A DNA stretch of 64,000 bases from Candidatus Poseidoniales archaeon (GCA_003602415.1 QQSK01000009.1:3891-67890); one strand, 5' to 3'; shown: positions 11,001 through 18,492, numbered from the stretch's first letter. The notes: generated by a model not told the origin, from the sequence alone. Numbers and translations: made by a program.

Positions 11001-11559
11001 GAACATCGAGGACCTATTCGACAATGAAACAAAGTCCAAGAGAGTCTTCTTGAAGGTCTATGAAGGAGATGACAAGCGTTGGCCAATCATCTACTGGATT
11101 GAGATTACTCTACCAGCATGTCAAGGATTGACTGTGCCGGTTGAAGTTCTAGATGCTGAGCCTGATGCTTACTGGATTTGGAACGGCGACGCAAGTGCGT
11201 GTGAGTGGTCTGGTGAATATACCGATTCAGATAATGATGGTATACCAGATAAGGCCCCAGTCAGTGATGAAGCCGAAAGCGAGGAAGACAGTTCTATGCT
11301 AATCATAGGCGGAGGAATTGGACTACTTGTGGTTGTACTTCTGTCATTATTCTTCGTTCTTCGTGGCGGAAATGACGACGATATGGTCGACACTGGTATG
11401 GCTGGAGATTTCGGTGCAACCGCAGCAGGATATGCTGGTGTTGCTCAGATGGACCCAATGGAGCAATACGTCCAGCAACTGATTGCCCAGGGTTACCCTG
11501 AGGAAACTGCCAGAGCATATGCCCAGCAATATGCCGGGCATTTCCAACAGCAACAGTAG
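5029..11559 (+). CDS. Giant cell-surface protein: FG-GAP/VCBS beta-propeller, CARDB and jelly-roll modules, GATase-like domain, PKD/Ig domains, C-terminal TM helix and cytoplasmic tail
   Basis: Signal peptide, about seven FG-GAP-like repeats (GDFDCDGDLDIV, ADLDQDGNDDIV, GDIDDDGIIDVV, GELNGDGEPDFV), CARDB-like VEVTVTNTG, jelly-roll signatures FRFKSG..GFAIDNITI and FEFRSN..GVAFDNISL, PKD-like FDASNSSDAD..IESYEWTV, TM segment MLIIGGGIGLLVVVLLSLFFVL. Confidence 0.9.
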   Translation: MMMMLWKSMNQDGRARAISLVLIMLLSTTAANLVSASTSRTYTTDTDPVDVALGDFDCDGDLDIVTANDRSTKISVLWNENGHFQKRTDIWTSGNPNQDADFEDHSNTQQVEVGEFTGDSAIDIVIYARNRPLRQDATGAIVVDKPGNVTVIENDGCSVDTFTIGQQFDVVWMWDLAVADLDQDGNDDIVTLELLADLKNQRVVTYRGPITSSTQAQITSLGDSTQNAYRELELGDWGEPSQTGLSGSCDDNDLWMVRSEGVDYISGAATNPGKSDNVTVLEFDCQTNSFPATFTWTTTGGQVGTGSELHVHALGPEFGGFDIGDIDDDGIIDVVAINDANTENVSYATITQSTHTFSQTKTVYFGPYIAWEVTVGELNGDGEPDFVHAAKFKQSNSTSSTGDTTSNYYLNLPTSVQVTLSNGNGGHMNPLEYFGAMRPTTVAIGQVIGGPNSAPDLIVGHGAYDQFTYDDNFGWDGSYDRIVVIEMDNKDLAVSSIDISPTDAYVGALGEGTREVEVTVTNTGMDILNGQATLDVEIKEVDEAASSNVTVYAMDWDNPEDKSGCGTGCSWTTEAYYGVSHWHEEVAANSSEGHTSGNNAAAQSANANNPTDFMWSGVMKTNSSGDKWSGYEPNWDEGLVLNDVDLTGSDRAWMSIEVFRHLGLSDLYTQDQNGFVLAEVWDDAAMIEVFSEDTGWVTISCPTSAYFANQCSSGTSYWGGYDNGRIESEQNTGLEAAIYRYGGAIPGTQYGWGNFTEDDLGAFELSRFSGETVDIRFRFKSGWEGSLGSNETLWSGRDGFAIDNITIWKQNTAFTSNVQTQQSNINMNNLAPNEDFTTAIAADFVNGTTYRISAVLNYGDDEQPANDEIVGYITAFNIYDPAILSIDSFKPGGLYAEGNFPIEVKVEHLGNTNVTFDVQAKVYSALPTDVYCGSPLVVCEESFEGGSAGFRYTDDSNANGGILDDSSCTEQIFGSHAYWFGHPCDTANSFGDVWENETLTIPGIDLTNMSGDYVALNFEYFAETWFEIQQSGATSSVNDYAAITADWNKGGTDYEGLIYGQWIDYNEDGFCIVDEDGNGFIDPVNETTLDNTEIEYIGDPTNVNGGSGSYNVFFNTDGLVQSRSIDLTHLYVVNTTSPDSNLWTDECISLAGSVVDINFEFRSNDDGHNGQNDGVRGVAFDNISLEEFTFSQDAVYTTSVTDLDAEENRTVAISNHDFVSGVYKIEVESIFDNSTAGTPWFGYDEISLANNLGRVIFSVESVDITLGKPDQISCLSDVVMDCVLPIDSAKMHDWSLSATNGVLQGDYTFHMTVVDEADGSQVHTTTAGPSQTLGAHERTTVSYTPWNGWVDGHSYNISFHATLPDGSTSGNVRYFHATFADHIDVAILSGDSTRVSAIKEDMVILGMTYTQYDIKDWNDYLDLGWMTHYDKIIMPWQEVNTAKPSDEGGKGYYELIGGSSNQNVLKSFMSSGGTVQIHLSGATDYYEYSSSTGESLLPFDMDIQPRNTPETRVTYSNMDVADPYHPIMDGVDLAAFQGFDQFGTVTEAIINTKSASATSVPRACNGYSEEGGSFQRLLQSEADVQDTVLGVCSYVDGGLIVTTIDVASVSDRADSATFPLLGNMLSYQVSPYPNGFGTLGNGLDLTINGEVPSFDPSTGGYAYHYMKSNSEVTFAHTTSTTETLSTDWVISGPTDWAGSSMASGTDHTDVASPTVNFCKVDLSSATGCLQGATWEITLYLHDAAGHSRTISVTVMTDDTRADEYRPISDAMVDMREEYEDQIEDRGVKTVSGIDWPLQRILLDDSGSLTVHFDASNSSDADALTGNGIESYEWTVLFDKPYNEDNYKLEGHNFVTPSSSDGAWAYTFSNVTVDPSGQTESLIRIELVVYDQAGKSSDKYKMYFSVVPEGFGDAEPTIQIDLSLNGTKVDSDTITLAGNVVDGAEQGDVYVEAALVDTTFDETAVAKYTLQLEGKWAKSDALGDGDGFELTLNIEDLFDNETKSKRVFLKVYEGDDKRWPIIYWIEITLPACQGLTVPVEVLDAEPDAYWIWNGDASACEWSGEYTDSDNDGIPDKAPVSDEAESEEDSSMLIIGGGIGLLVVVLLSLFFVLRGGNDDDMVDTGMAGDFGATAAGYAGVAQMDPMEQYVQQLIAQGYPEETARAYAQQYAGHFQQQQ

Positions 11560-11609
11560 CGATCGTTTTGGGCTCTGCCCCTTAGGGGGCAGGGTCCTGA
11601 AACCGATTG
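11560..11609 (+). other. Long intergenic hairpin (about 22 bp) between the surface protein gene and ahcY
   Basis: Core GGGCTCTGCCCC-TTAG-GGGGCAGGGTCC (11570-11597). It extends through CGATCGTTTT (11560-69) pairing with GAAAC(C)GATTG (11599-609), with two 1-nt bulges. Confidence 0.7.
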
Positions 11610-11613
11610 ACCT

Positions 11614-12906
11614 ATGAGGTATGCTCACTCGCCCTCGTCCATGGACAAAGGTGAAACATATACCGTCGCCGATTTGAGTTTGGCCGATGAAGGTGCACTT
11701 CGTGTAGACTGGGCTCGTTCTAGGATGCCAGTACTTGCCGCATTACGTTCACAAGCAGAGAAAGACAAACCTCTCGCTGGAATGAGGGTTGCTGGTTGCC
11801 TTCACGTAACCAAAGAAACCGCAGTTCTAATCGAGACAATCACTGCAGCTGGTGCTGAAATTTCTTGGTCAGGATGTAATCCACTTTCCACTCAAGATGA
11901 TGTAGCGGCATGGCTTGCTCGTGAAGGATATTCAGTTCATGCTTGGCACGGACAATCCGTAGAGGATTTCTATTGGTGCATTGACAAGACTCTCGAGTTC
12001 AAACCTACTCTTACCTTGGACGATGGAGCCGACCTAATCGTCAGAGTTCATGGTGAAAAATCAGAATACGCTGATACAGTCATCGGAGGTACTGAAGAGA
12101 CCACAACCGGAGTTCATCGTATTCGAGCAATGGCTGCGGCTGGTGACTTGAAATATCCAGTTATTGCGGTCAATGATGCGATTACCAAATGGGACTTTGA
12201 CAATGTATACGGAACAGGGCAATCTACAATTGATGGAATTATTCGTTCCACAAGTGTATTGATTGCAGGCAAAACATTCGTTGTTGCAGGATACGGTCAT
12301 TGTGGTCGTGGATTAGCCATGCGTGCTCGAGGCATGGGCGCGAATGTGGTAATCACCGAGATAGACCCACTACCAGGTCTCAGAGCAGTGATGGATGGAT
12401 TTAGAGTAATGAAAATGGATGAAGCAGCTCCAATTGGAGACATATTCTGTACCGCTACTGGAATGAAGGACGTAATTGTTGGGAGACATATGGATGTCAT
12501 GAAAGACGGCGCATTGATTTCAAACACTGGCCACTATGATTGTGAGATTAATATCGACGATTTGATGGCTAGGTCTGTTTCGAAAAGAACAATTCGTGCT
12601 GAAAATGATGAGTACACTATGCAAGATGGCCGCCGTATCCATTTGCTTGCCGATGGCAGACTGGTCAATCTTGCAGCCGCTGAAGGTCACCCTTCTGAAG
12701 TGATGGACATGAGTTTCGCTAACCAATTTTTGTCACTTTGCCGAATTGCTGCTGAGAGCGAGCAAATGGGTCCTGAAGTTTACGATATCACTCTAGAGCA
12801 AGATATGGACCTTGCATCTACCAAACTCAGTACCCTAGGCTTCTCTATTGATGAATTAACAGAAGAACAAATTTCGTATTCAACGGATTATACCGCTGGA
12901 ACATGA
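11614..12906 (+). CDS. ahcY: Adenosylhomocysteinase
   Basis: GCLHVTKET, GCNPLSTQD, LDDGADL, EETTTG, FDNVYGTGQS, GYGHCGRG and GHPSEVMDMSFANQ. The start may be 11641. Confidence 0.97.
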   Translation: MRYAHSPSSMDKGETYTVADLSLADEGALRVDWARSRMPVLAALRSQAEKDKPLAGMRVAGCLHVTKETAVLIETITAAGAEISWSGCNPLSTQDDVAAWLAREGYSVHAWHGQSVEDFYWCIDKTLEFKPTLTLDDGADLIVRVHGEKSEYADTVIGGTEETTTGVHRIRAMAAAGDLKYPVIAVNDAITKWDFDNVYGTGQSTIDGIIRSTSVLIAGKTFVVAGYGHCGRGLAMRARGMGANVVITEIDPLPGLRAVMDGFRVMKMDEAAPIGDIFCTATGMKDVIVGRHMDVMKDGALISNTGHYDCEINIDDLMARSVSKRTIRAENDEYTMQDGRRIHLLADGRLVNLAAAEGHPSEVMDMSFANQFLSLCRIAAESEQMGPEVYDITLEQDMDLASTKLSTLGFSIDELTEEQISYSTDYTAGT

Positions 12907-13941
12907 TCATTCTTCTTCATAGGAAGAAAGTTCTGATTCTTCTTCATCTTCTTCGATGTATCCAATTTCATCTAGATGTGAATCGAAATCTGGCATTTTC
13001 ATTTTCCAGTTCTTTGGAAGCCTCTTGTTAGACTGTATGATTTTCTCAAGTCTCTGCTGAAAAGCAGGAGGGTGTCTCGAAAATAAGAACATGTAGAGTT
13101 TAGATGAACGAATGTCATCTGGAATAACAACACAGCCGCAACTCGCTTCGAACTGAATTGCACGAAGTAAATTGAATCCTGGCTTATTCACTCTTTGGTA
13201 CAATTTACGAGTAAAGGACATTCCAATAATTACCGTAACTAGAATTAGTAAACTGGTTAGACAAAAAGCGCCCCAACCTTCACCAAATAATGCTCTTGAT
13301 GCAAATACTTCCATCATCAGGAAAGGAATTGTAGTCATCATGAACAACATGTTTTCAGAGACTGGTGCCTTGTTTGACCTCATCTTGATAGAAGTCCATC
13401 CACCATGATTCCTTTGCCATGGTTTGAAATGAACAGATTGGTCTTGTTGAGCAGACATTTCTAGAGTTCTGTGAAGATGAGTAATTCTTGCTAATTGAGA
13501 ATTAGCGATATCTAGGTCTTCTTCGAAAAGAGAACCTAGTCTATCTCTAGCTTCAGGATACATCCCCATATCGGATAAGATAGTGGTTTGTTCGACAATT
13601 GGTACAGATTCCAGAGGAGCAGCCTCTCTACATCTTTGCCACCAATCCAATGCATCTTCGTAAAGGCCCAAATGGTCGACCATGATTCTGCCGCCCTTGA
13701 CCCAAGCATCGACTCTAGAAGGGTCGATTTCTACAACTTTAGTACAGGCAACCAATGCCCTTGATGCCTGTTGAATATCAGGATATTTCCCATCTGGTGC
13801 TAGAAGTGTTGCCATCATCCACCAAGCATTAGAATCCTTAGGGTCAGCTTTCACAGCCAGTTCGACATGATTTAGTGCGCCCTCTAAGTCTTCATTCTCT
13901 TCAGCTTCAATTGCATCCAAGTAATGACTTTCAGCACTCAA
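12907..13941 (-). CDS. TPR-repeat protein with two TM helices and an acidic C-terminus
   Basis: TPR-like helices (ALNHVELAVKADPKDSNAWW, VVEIDPSRVDAW), two hydrophobic segments, 4-nt overlap with the upstream gene. Confidence 0.75.
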   Translation of the reverse strand: MSAESHYLDAIEAEENEDLEGALNHVELAVKADPKDSNAWWMMATLLAPDGKYPDIQQASRALVACTKVVEIDPSRVDAWVKGGRIMVDHLGLYEDALDWWQRCREAAPLESVPIVEQTTILSDMGMYPEARDRLGSLFEEDLDIANSQLARITHLHRTLEMSAQQDQSVHFKPWQRNHGGWTSIKMRSNKAPVSENMLFMMTTIPFLMMEVFASRALFGEGWGAFCLTSLLILVTVIIGMSFTRKLYQRVNKPGFNLLRAIQFEASCGCVVIPDDIRSSKLYMFLFSRHPPAFQQRLEKIIQSNKRLPKNWKMKMPDFDSHLDEIGYIEEDEEESELSSYEEE

Positions 13942-14876
13942 CGATCATCCCTCCGCTTACCACGGCCATATTTGGCTGAATGCAGGGGAGGTGGATCTTT
14001 CAGTTTTCTATGGTGGCCACGATTTCTAGGACCTCCTACTCTTTTAGAACGGCCGCAACTGAAACAATCATTTCGCTTCGCAAAGTTGGATTTACCACAT
14101 TGTGGACAATCCCAATCGCCTGGTCTAGGCTGAGGAGCATCTCTTCTTTCTCCAGCCCTTCTATCATTACCCTTCCAGTTATCTGAACGATTATTTCCGC
14201 CTCTGCCCTTTGGAGCACCACAGCGGTTACATTCAGTTCTAAACGAGAAATTTGAGTTTTGACATTGGGAGCACTCCCAGTCATTGTTGGAGTGAGTTCC
14301 ACGATTATTGTCTCTGCGATCTCGGCCACCTCTTCGGTCATCACGACCTCTTCTGTCGCCGCCTCTTCGGTCATCACGACCTCTTCTGTCGCCGCCTCTT
14401 CTATCATCACGACCTCTTCTGTCGCCACCTCTTCCTTTAGGCTCTCCACAGCGATTACATTCGGTCCTGAATGCGAAGTTTGAGTTATTACATTTCGAGC
14501 ATTCCCAATCACGATTGTTGGAATTGTCTCGGCCACCTCTTCTATCATCACGACCTCTTCGGTCATCACGACCTCTTCTGTCGCCACCTCTTCGGTCATC
14601 ACGACTTCTGCGGTCATCATTTGAGCGCTGATTATCTCGAGGCTTTCGAGTTCTAATTGTGATTTCAAGTCCTAACATTTGTTGCGGATTTGCTTTTCGA
14701 TCTAAGTGAGCAACATGGACTAATGAATTGTTCAAGTTGCCAATGACTCCATCCACTTTACCGATGTAAGTTTCACCAGAATCTACCATTACAGAACCAA
14801 GTGCAGGGCATGCACCCGTGTAACTGACCAGAAGCCCACCTTCGTGGCTGACCTCCTCGACTCTACCTTTGAACAC
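13938..14876 (-). CDS. gar1: Gar1-like H/ACA RNP protein fused to RG/RD-rich repeats and three RanBP2-type zinc fingers
   Basis: GTG start. Residues 1-78 follow the archaeal Gar1 pattern G.V....G.L+V....P.L...+VD....+G.V..V+G.+...V.+....NP...+G..+.+. Three W-x-C-x2-C-x3-N-x6-C-x2-C fingers at aa 124-143, 200-219 and 255-274. Confidence 0.8.
   Translation of the reverse strand: MFKGRVEEVSHEGGLLVSYTGACPALGSVMVDSGETYIGKVDGVIGNLNNSLVHVAHLDRKANPQQMLGLEITIRTRKPRDNQRSNDDRRSRDDRRGGDRRGRDDRRGRDDRRGGRDNSNNRDWECSKCNNSNFAFRTECNRCGEPKGRGGDRRGRDDRRGGDRRGRDDRRGGDRRGRDDRRGGRDRRDNNRGTHSNNDWECSQCQNSNFSFRTECNRCGAPKGRGGNNRSDNWKGNDRRAGERRDAPQPRPGDWDCPQCGKSNFAKRNDCFSCGRSKRVGGPRNRGHHRKLKDPPPLHSAKYGRGKRRDDR
14331..14429 (-). 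repeat. Coding tandem repeat, 3 x 33 nt encoding GGDRRGRDDRR
   Basis: Three near-identical 33-nt units with no spacers, encoding aa 150-182 of the Gar1 fusion. Confidence 0.9.
14529..14618 (-). repeat. Coding repeat block (DDRR / GGDRRGRDDRR units)
   Basis: Degenerate copies of the same unit, encoding aa 87-116 of the Gar1 fusion. Confidence 0.8.
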
Positions 14877-14912
14877 AACATTCCCTCGGCGTGTTACTTT
14901 TCATACTGACGG

Positions 14913-16826
14913 TTAATCTCTGCGAAGCAAAAGCGCAGCGCCAAGCATAGAAACTATGGTAGCAAACATTCCTAAAGATGGTAAACCTCCTTCTTCTGAT
15001 TCACTATCGATAGTATCTGGTGATGTATTATCGCTAGCATATGGATCTGGAACACTCACCTCAACTGTTGAAATCGCACCTACTGAATCTGTAGCTGTTA
15101 GAATTACATCATACTGGGTTAATCCATCTGCAACACACTTAGCAATAGATATGCTAACATCCCAATTTATTCCAGTACGAATGAAACTTGTTGTAGTCTC
15201 TCCACACATTGATGCAGACAGAGTTACCTCTCCTCCATCAGGATCTATTGCAGTACCTGATAGACTGAACGAGTACTGGTCTGATGACCAAGTTGCTTGG
15301 GAACCATCGAGATTACTATCGACACTTAGAACAGGTGGAGTGTTTGTCTTTTCTAAGGAAAGGTCAACCATTACATCCCAATCTAACATTCCAGGCGATG
15401 TAGCAGTTATGTGAATCATAAATTCTCCAGGAGATAATCCTGATAGGCTGACCGCATCGCTTGAAGATGCAGAACCAAGGTTGATGTTGGTCGCCGGACC
15501 ATCATTTCCATTCTGCGATGCTGCAATGCTAACAGCAAGATTCTGAACTAGTAATGATGGATTAGAATCAATACTTACCAGGTCACTGTATTCTCCTGCA
15601 ATAGCAGAGAAACTTGCTGGCTGGCCAAATCTCCAAGTCATTGTGGAATTGCTGATGGCTTGGTAAGGGTCTAACAAACCACATGTTGCAGTACCAGAAT
15701 CCGAAGAGCCCGAGGTTACCAATAACTCGCCATCAGAATTCATCCTACTAGACCAACCATTTTCAGTGAAGGAACAATTTAGTCCCCAAGCATCATCATC
15801 AGATGCCCAATCATTCATCGCTTCTGCAGTTATTGCAACAACTTCACTACCGTCCTTGATGATAGGGATAATTGTATCGTCAGCAGGTTGATTGCCAGTC
15901 CAAACCGGCCAATCATTGCTTTCTGGAGGAGTGGTTGTCATGTCGAAGAAAATGTTGCGAATCATAGGATAATCTGCTTTATCGTATTGAATGTCTACAC
16001 TTACTCGAACACTACCATCTGGTAGGAATATCTCATCAATAGAACCAACATCTAAGTTTTCAACTCCGTCGTCTAGTATTGTCCAGTTTGCCATTCTGAG
16101 ACCATCTACATAGGGGAATGTAAACATCATGGTGGCACTAGTTACGTTAGTAACATTCATTGCCACGGTAAAATTACTCTGACCTGAGTTAGGTAACTGA
16201 TTGAATCTAGTGTTATGTGTTTGATCATCCTTGACGAACATCGAAATTTCTAGATTATTGGTAGCAGATACCGGTATTTCTCTACAATTCTCGCTCTGTA
16301 AGCCGAGAGGGTCAGCACCTTGGCAATCGCGTTCTTCCGGATGACCTTCTGGAATAAGATTCACTTCTTCTAGGCCGATTCCTTCCTCTACAAAAGTGGC
16401 ATTATTCCAACTTACACCTTCTCTGTGTGCAATTCCATCTAAATTTTCTTTAATTCCGATTCTGGTGTACATATCTGCGATACATTTTGCTCCGATTTCC
16501 CTAACTGCTTCTCTTTCATCAGTTGAAATCCAAGAATTATTTCCACCAGGGAATCCCTCAAACAATCCGTCTAAATTCTCACGAACAGTTGAGGCACGAC
16601 TTTCATTGACCCACGAATTTGCATAAAGGTCAGCTGTAGCCCAGTCATCTAAAATCTGAAACATAAAGACTGCGTTATCGTATTCGAATAAATCTTCAAA
16701 TGTTAATCCTGTACAATCAACATCATCTTCCATCTGCCGTCCAGATTCTTCAGCTACAGTAATGCTTGTCATTGACATTGTTGCCATTAAAATGGCAAGT
16801 GAGAGTGCACATAACCTTCTCTTCAT
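14913..16826 (-). CDS. Secreted/surface protein with an Ig-like C-terminal region and a CTERM-like sorting signal
   Basis: Signal peptide MKRRLCALSLAILMATMSM. C-terminus GGLPSLG-hydrophobic helix-RRD. Confidence 0.8.
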   Translation of the reverse strand: MKRRLCALSLAILMATMSMTSITVAEESGRQMEDDVDCTGLTFEDLFEYDNAVFMFQILDDWATADLYANSWVNESRASTVRENLDGLFEGFPGGNNSWISTDEREAVREIGAKCIADMYTRIGIKENLDGIAHREGVSWNNATFVEEGIGLEEVNLIPEGHPEERDCQGADPLGLQSENCREIPVSATNNLEISMFVKDDQTHNTRFNQLPNSGQSNFTVAMNVTNVTSATMMFTFPYVDGLRMANWTILDDGVENLDVGSIDEIFLPDGSVRVSVDIQYDKADYPMIRNIFFDMTTTPPESNDWPVWTGNQPADDTIIPIIKDGSEVVAITAEAMNDWASDDDAWGLNCSFTENGWSSRMNSDGELLVTSGSSDSGTATCGLLDPYQAISNSTMTWRFGQPASFSAIAGEYSDLVSIDSNPSLLVQNLAVSIAASQNGNDGPATNINLGSASSSDAVSLSGLSPGEFMIHITATSPGMLDWDVMVDLSLEKTNTPPVLSVDSNLDGSQATWSSDQYSFSLSGTAIDPDGGEVTLSASMCGETTTSFIRTGINWDVSISIAKCVADGLTQYDVILTATDSVGAISTVEVSVPDPYASDNTSPDTIDSESEEGGLPSLGMFATIVSMLGAALLLRRD

Positions 16827-16870
16827 ACCTGCCCGTAGGGCAGGCTATTCTTAGTGTGTTCCTATGTTTG

Positions 16871-17686
16871 TCACGGTTGAATGCGTTCTATTCTACGAAT
16901 GAACAATAATGATGGAATAATACTCCACAATATCGCTGCTATGCTAGAATAAAGCGGAGAAATTCTACTATTATCTTCGATTGGCATTTCTAATAGGTGA
17001 TGATATACTCCATTTGGTGAGAATAAATCGACTATTGCTTCTATTCGAATATATTCAGATGAATTTAGATTTTCAACACCAACGCCCGATAATCCTGCAA
17101 TCACTGTGGTCATAACTAGCCACAGAAGAGTAAAAATCATCCAAGCCCCAAGACCAATGGCTATTGATGAGCCCATATCTCTGGCCCATGAGGAAGCGAG
17201 CAATTGAATGGATGTCCACCACAACAACAGTAGTGCATTAGCTAATGTGTGGATAAACAACTCTTCAGCAGAGGGAAAATCATCCATCCTAATCCAAATG
17301 ACTCCAAGACTAATCAAATTTAGAATGAAAACAGGAATGAAAATTGCACCCCAATGGCCTAAGAGAAGTGACCTAGCAAAAATAGAACGAGAAACCGGTT
17401 GAGATAATTTGATTTCTAGAACTCCCGACAACCGATCTCTACTGATACCATCAAATGATATCAGGACAGCACCCATGGTCGCTGAGAATATAATGAAAGC
17501 AGTAGATGCGAACATCACATCGTAGGCAGAATCGATTACTATGTTCGAGGGCAGGTTTGCTTTGGGGTCAGACAAACCCCAACTTGAGAATAGAATGAAC
17601 ATGGCAAGAAGTGGCCAAATTACGAGCATCCTTCCTGCAGTCATCCGCTCTTTCATGATATGAACGCCCAGAGAAAATGCATTCAT
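16871..17686 (-). CDS. ABC-2 type transporter permease
   Basis: About six TM segments, motif FDGISRDRLSGVLEIKLSQPVSR, overlap with the ATPase gene. Confidence 0.85.
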   Translation of the reverse strand: MNAFSLGVHIMKERMTAGRMLVIWPLLAMFILFSSWGLSDPKANLPSNIVIDSAYDVMFASTAFIIFSATMGAVLISFDGISRDRLSGVLEIKLSQPVSRSIFARSLLLGHWGAIFIPVFILNLISLGVIWIRMDDFPSAEELFIHTLANALLLLWWTSIQLLASSWARDMGSSIAIGLGAWMIFTLLWLVMTTVIAGLSGVGVENLNSSEYIRIEAIVDLFSPNGVYHHLLEMPIEDNSRISPLYSSIAAILWSIIPSLLFIRRIERIQP

Positions 17687-18492
17687 TCCTCTTCACCTCC
17701 AATCGTCTTGAAAGGCATCATATGGTCTGATGATAAGTCTAAACTAACGTCGCTAGGGTCTATTCCTGTAACCGAACAAATCATCTCAACAAGTCCTGAA
17801 TCATTATCTAAATCCAATGTTCTTCGAACTTCTGAAAGTGAACCTTCAATCAATAATTGCCCCTGATGGAGAAGTGCGATTTCATCGACTAACGATTCCA
17901 TATCTGTAACTTGATGCGATGAGATAACAATTGCAACGCCTTTGGATGCCAAATCTTTCAACAGATTGCAAAATGCACGTTGAGCCAATGGGTCAAGACC
18001 ATTCAAAGGTTCATCCATGACCAAAACCTTGGGGTCACCCATAAGCGCACATGCTAGAGATAATCTCTGCCTCATTCCTTGTGACAAGTTATCCAATAAA
18101 TGGTCAGATTTTGCTGATAAACCAACGATTTGAATTAACTTGTCAATGTCAATAATTCGATTGCGCATTAATGCTATTGATTTCAAAGCATTTCTGACAC
18201 TTACTCGTCCTTCCCATCTAACCTGTTCAGGCATGTAGCCAATGTTTTTCCTACGTTTGGAACAGTCTTTGTCAAAACCTTCGCAGTCATATAGGCCACA
18301 AATTGTTCTCATCAGGGTAGTCTTGCCTGCACCGTTTGGACCTATTAGACCAAGAATAACTCCACTTTTGATTTCCAAATTGATAGAGTGTATTCCTGCA
18401 CCATCTCTGGTAGCCCAAGGTTTCCAAGTGGAATAGTCTCGAACTTTGTGCCGCCACGACACATCGGTTAGAGTCAGGCAGGTCTCCATCAT
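17683..18492 (-). CDS. ABC transporter ATP-binding protein (exporter type)
   Basis: Walker A GPNGAGKT, signature LSQGM, Walker B VMDEP, H-loop SSH. Confidence 0.93.
   Translation of the reverse strand: MMETCLTLTDVSWRHKVRDYSTWKPWATRDGAGIHSINLEIKSGVILGLIGPNGAGKTTLMRTICGLYDCEGFDKDCSKRRKNIGYMPEQVRWEGRVSVRNALKSIALMRNRIIDIDKLIQIVGLSAKSDHLLDNLSQGMRQRLSLACALMGDPKVLVMDEPLNGLDPLAQRAFCNLLKDLASKGVAIVISSHQVTDMESLVDEIALLHQGQLLIEGSLSEVRRTLDLDNDSGLVEMICSVTGIDPSDVSLDLSSDHMMPFKTIGGEEE

Noticed and set aside
11560-11640. Canonical SAH or SAM riboswitch upstream of ahcY
   Set aside because: I could not match the known consensus elements, so it is kept only as an unexplained hairpin.
14331-14618. 33-nt repeats as a possible CRISPR array
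   Set aside because: The units are contiguous with no unique spacers, lie in frame within a coding sequence, and no cas genes are present.
14036-14668. 210-aa ORF with MTEEVATEE repeats, and antisense SSVITT/RSSRPL ORFs
   Set aside because: These are alternative-frame shadows of the RG/RD repeat. Only the Gar1-zinc finger frame has recognisable domains.
14956-15414. 152-aa antisense ORF, and similar long antisense ORFs at 49246-49731, 60279-60752, 61210-61707 and 62375-62875
   Set aside because: All lie fully opposite well-supported genes, are Ser/Pro/Ala-rich as expected for codon shadows, and have no motifs.
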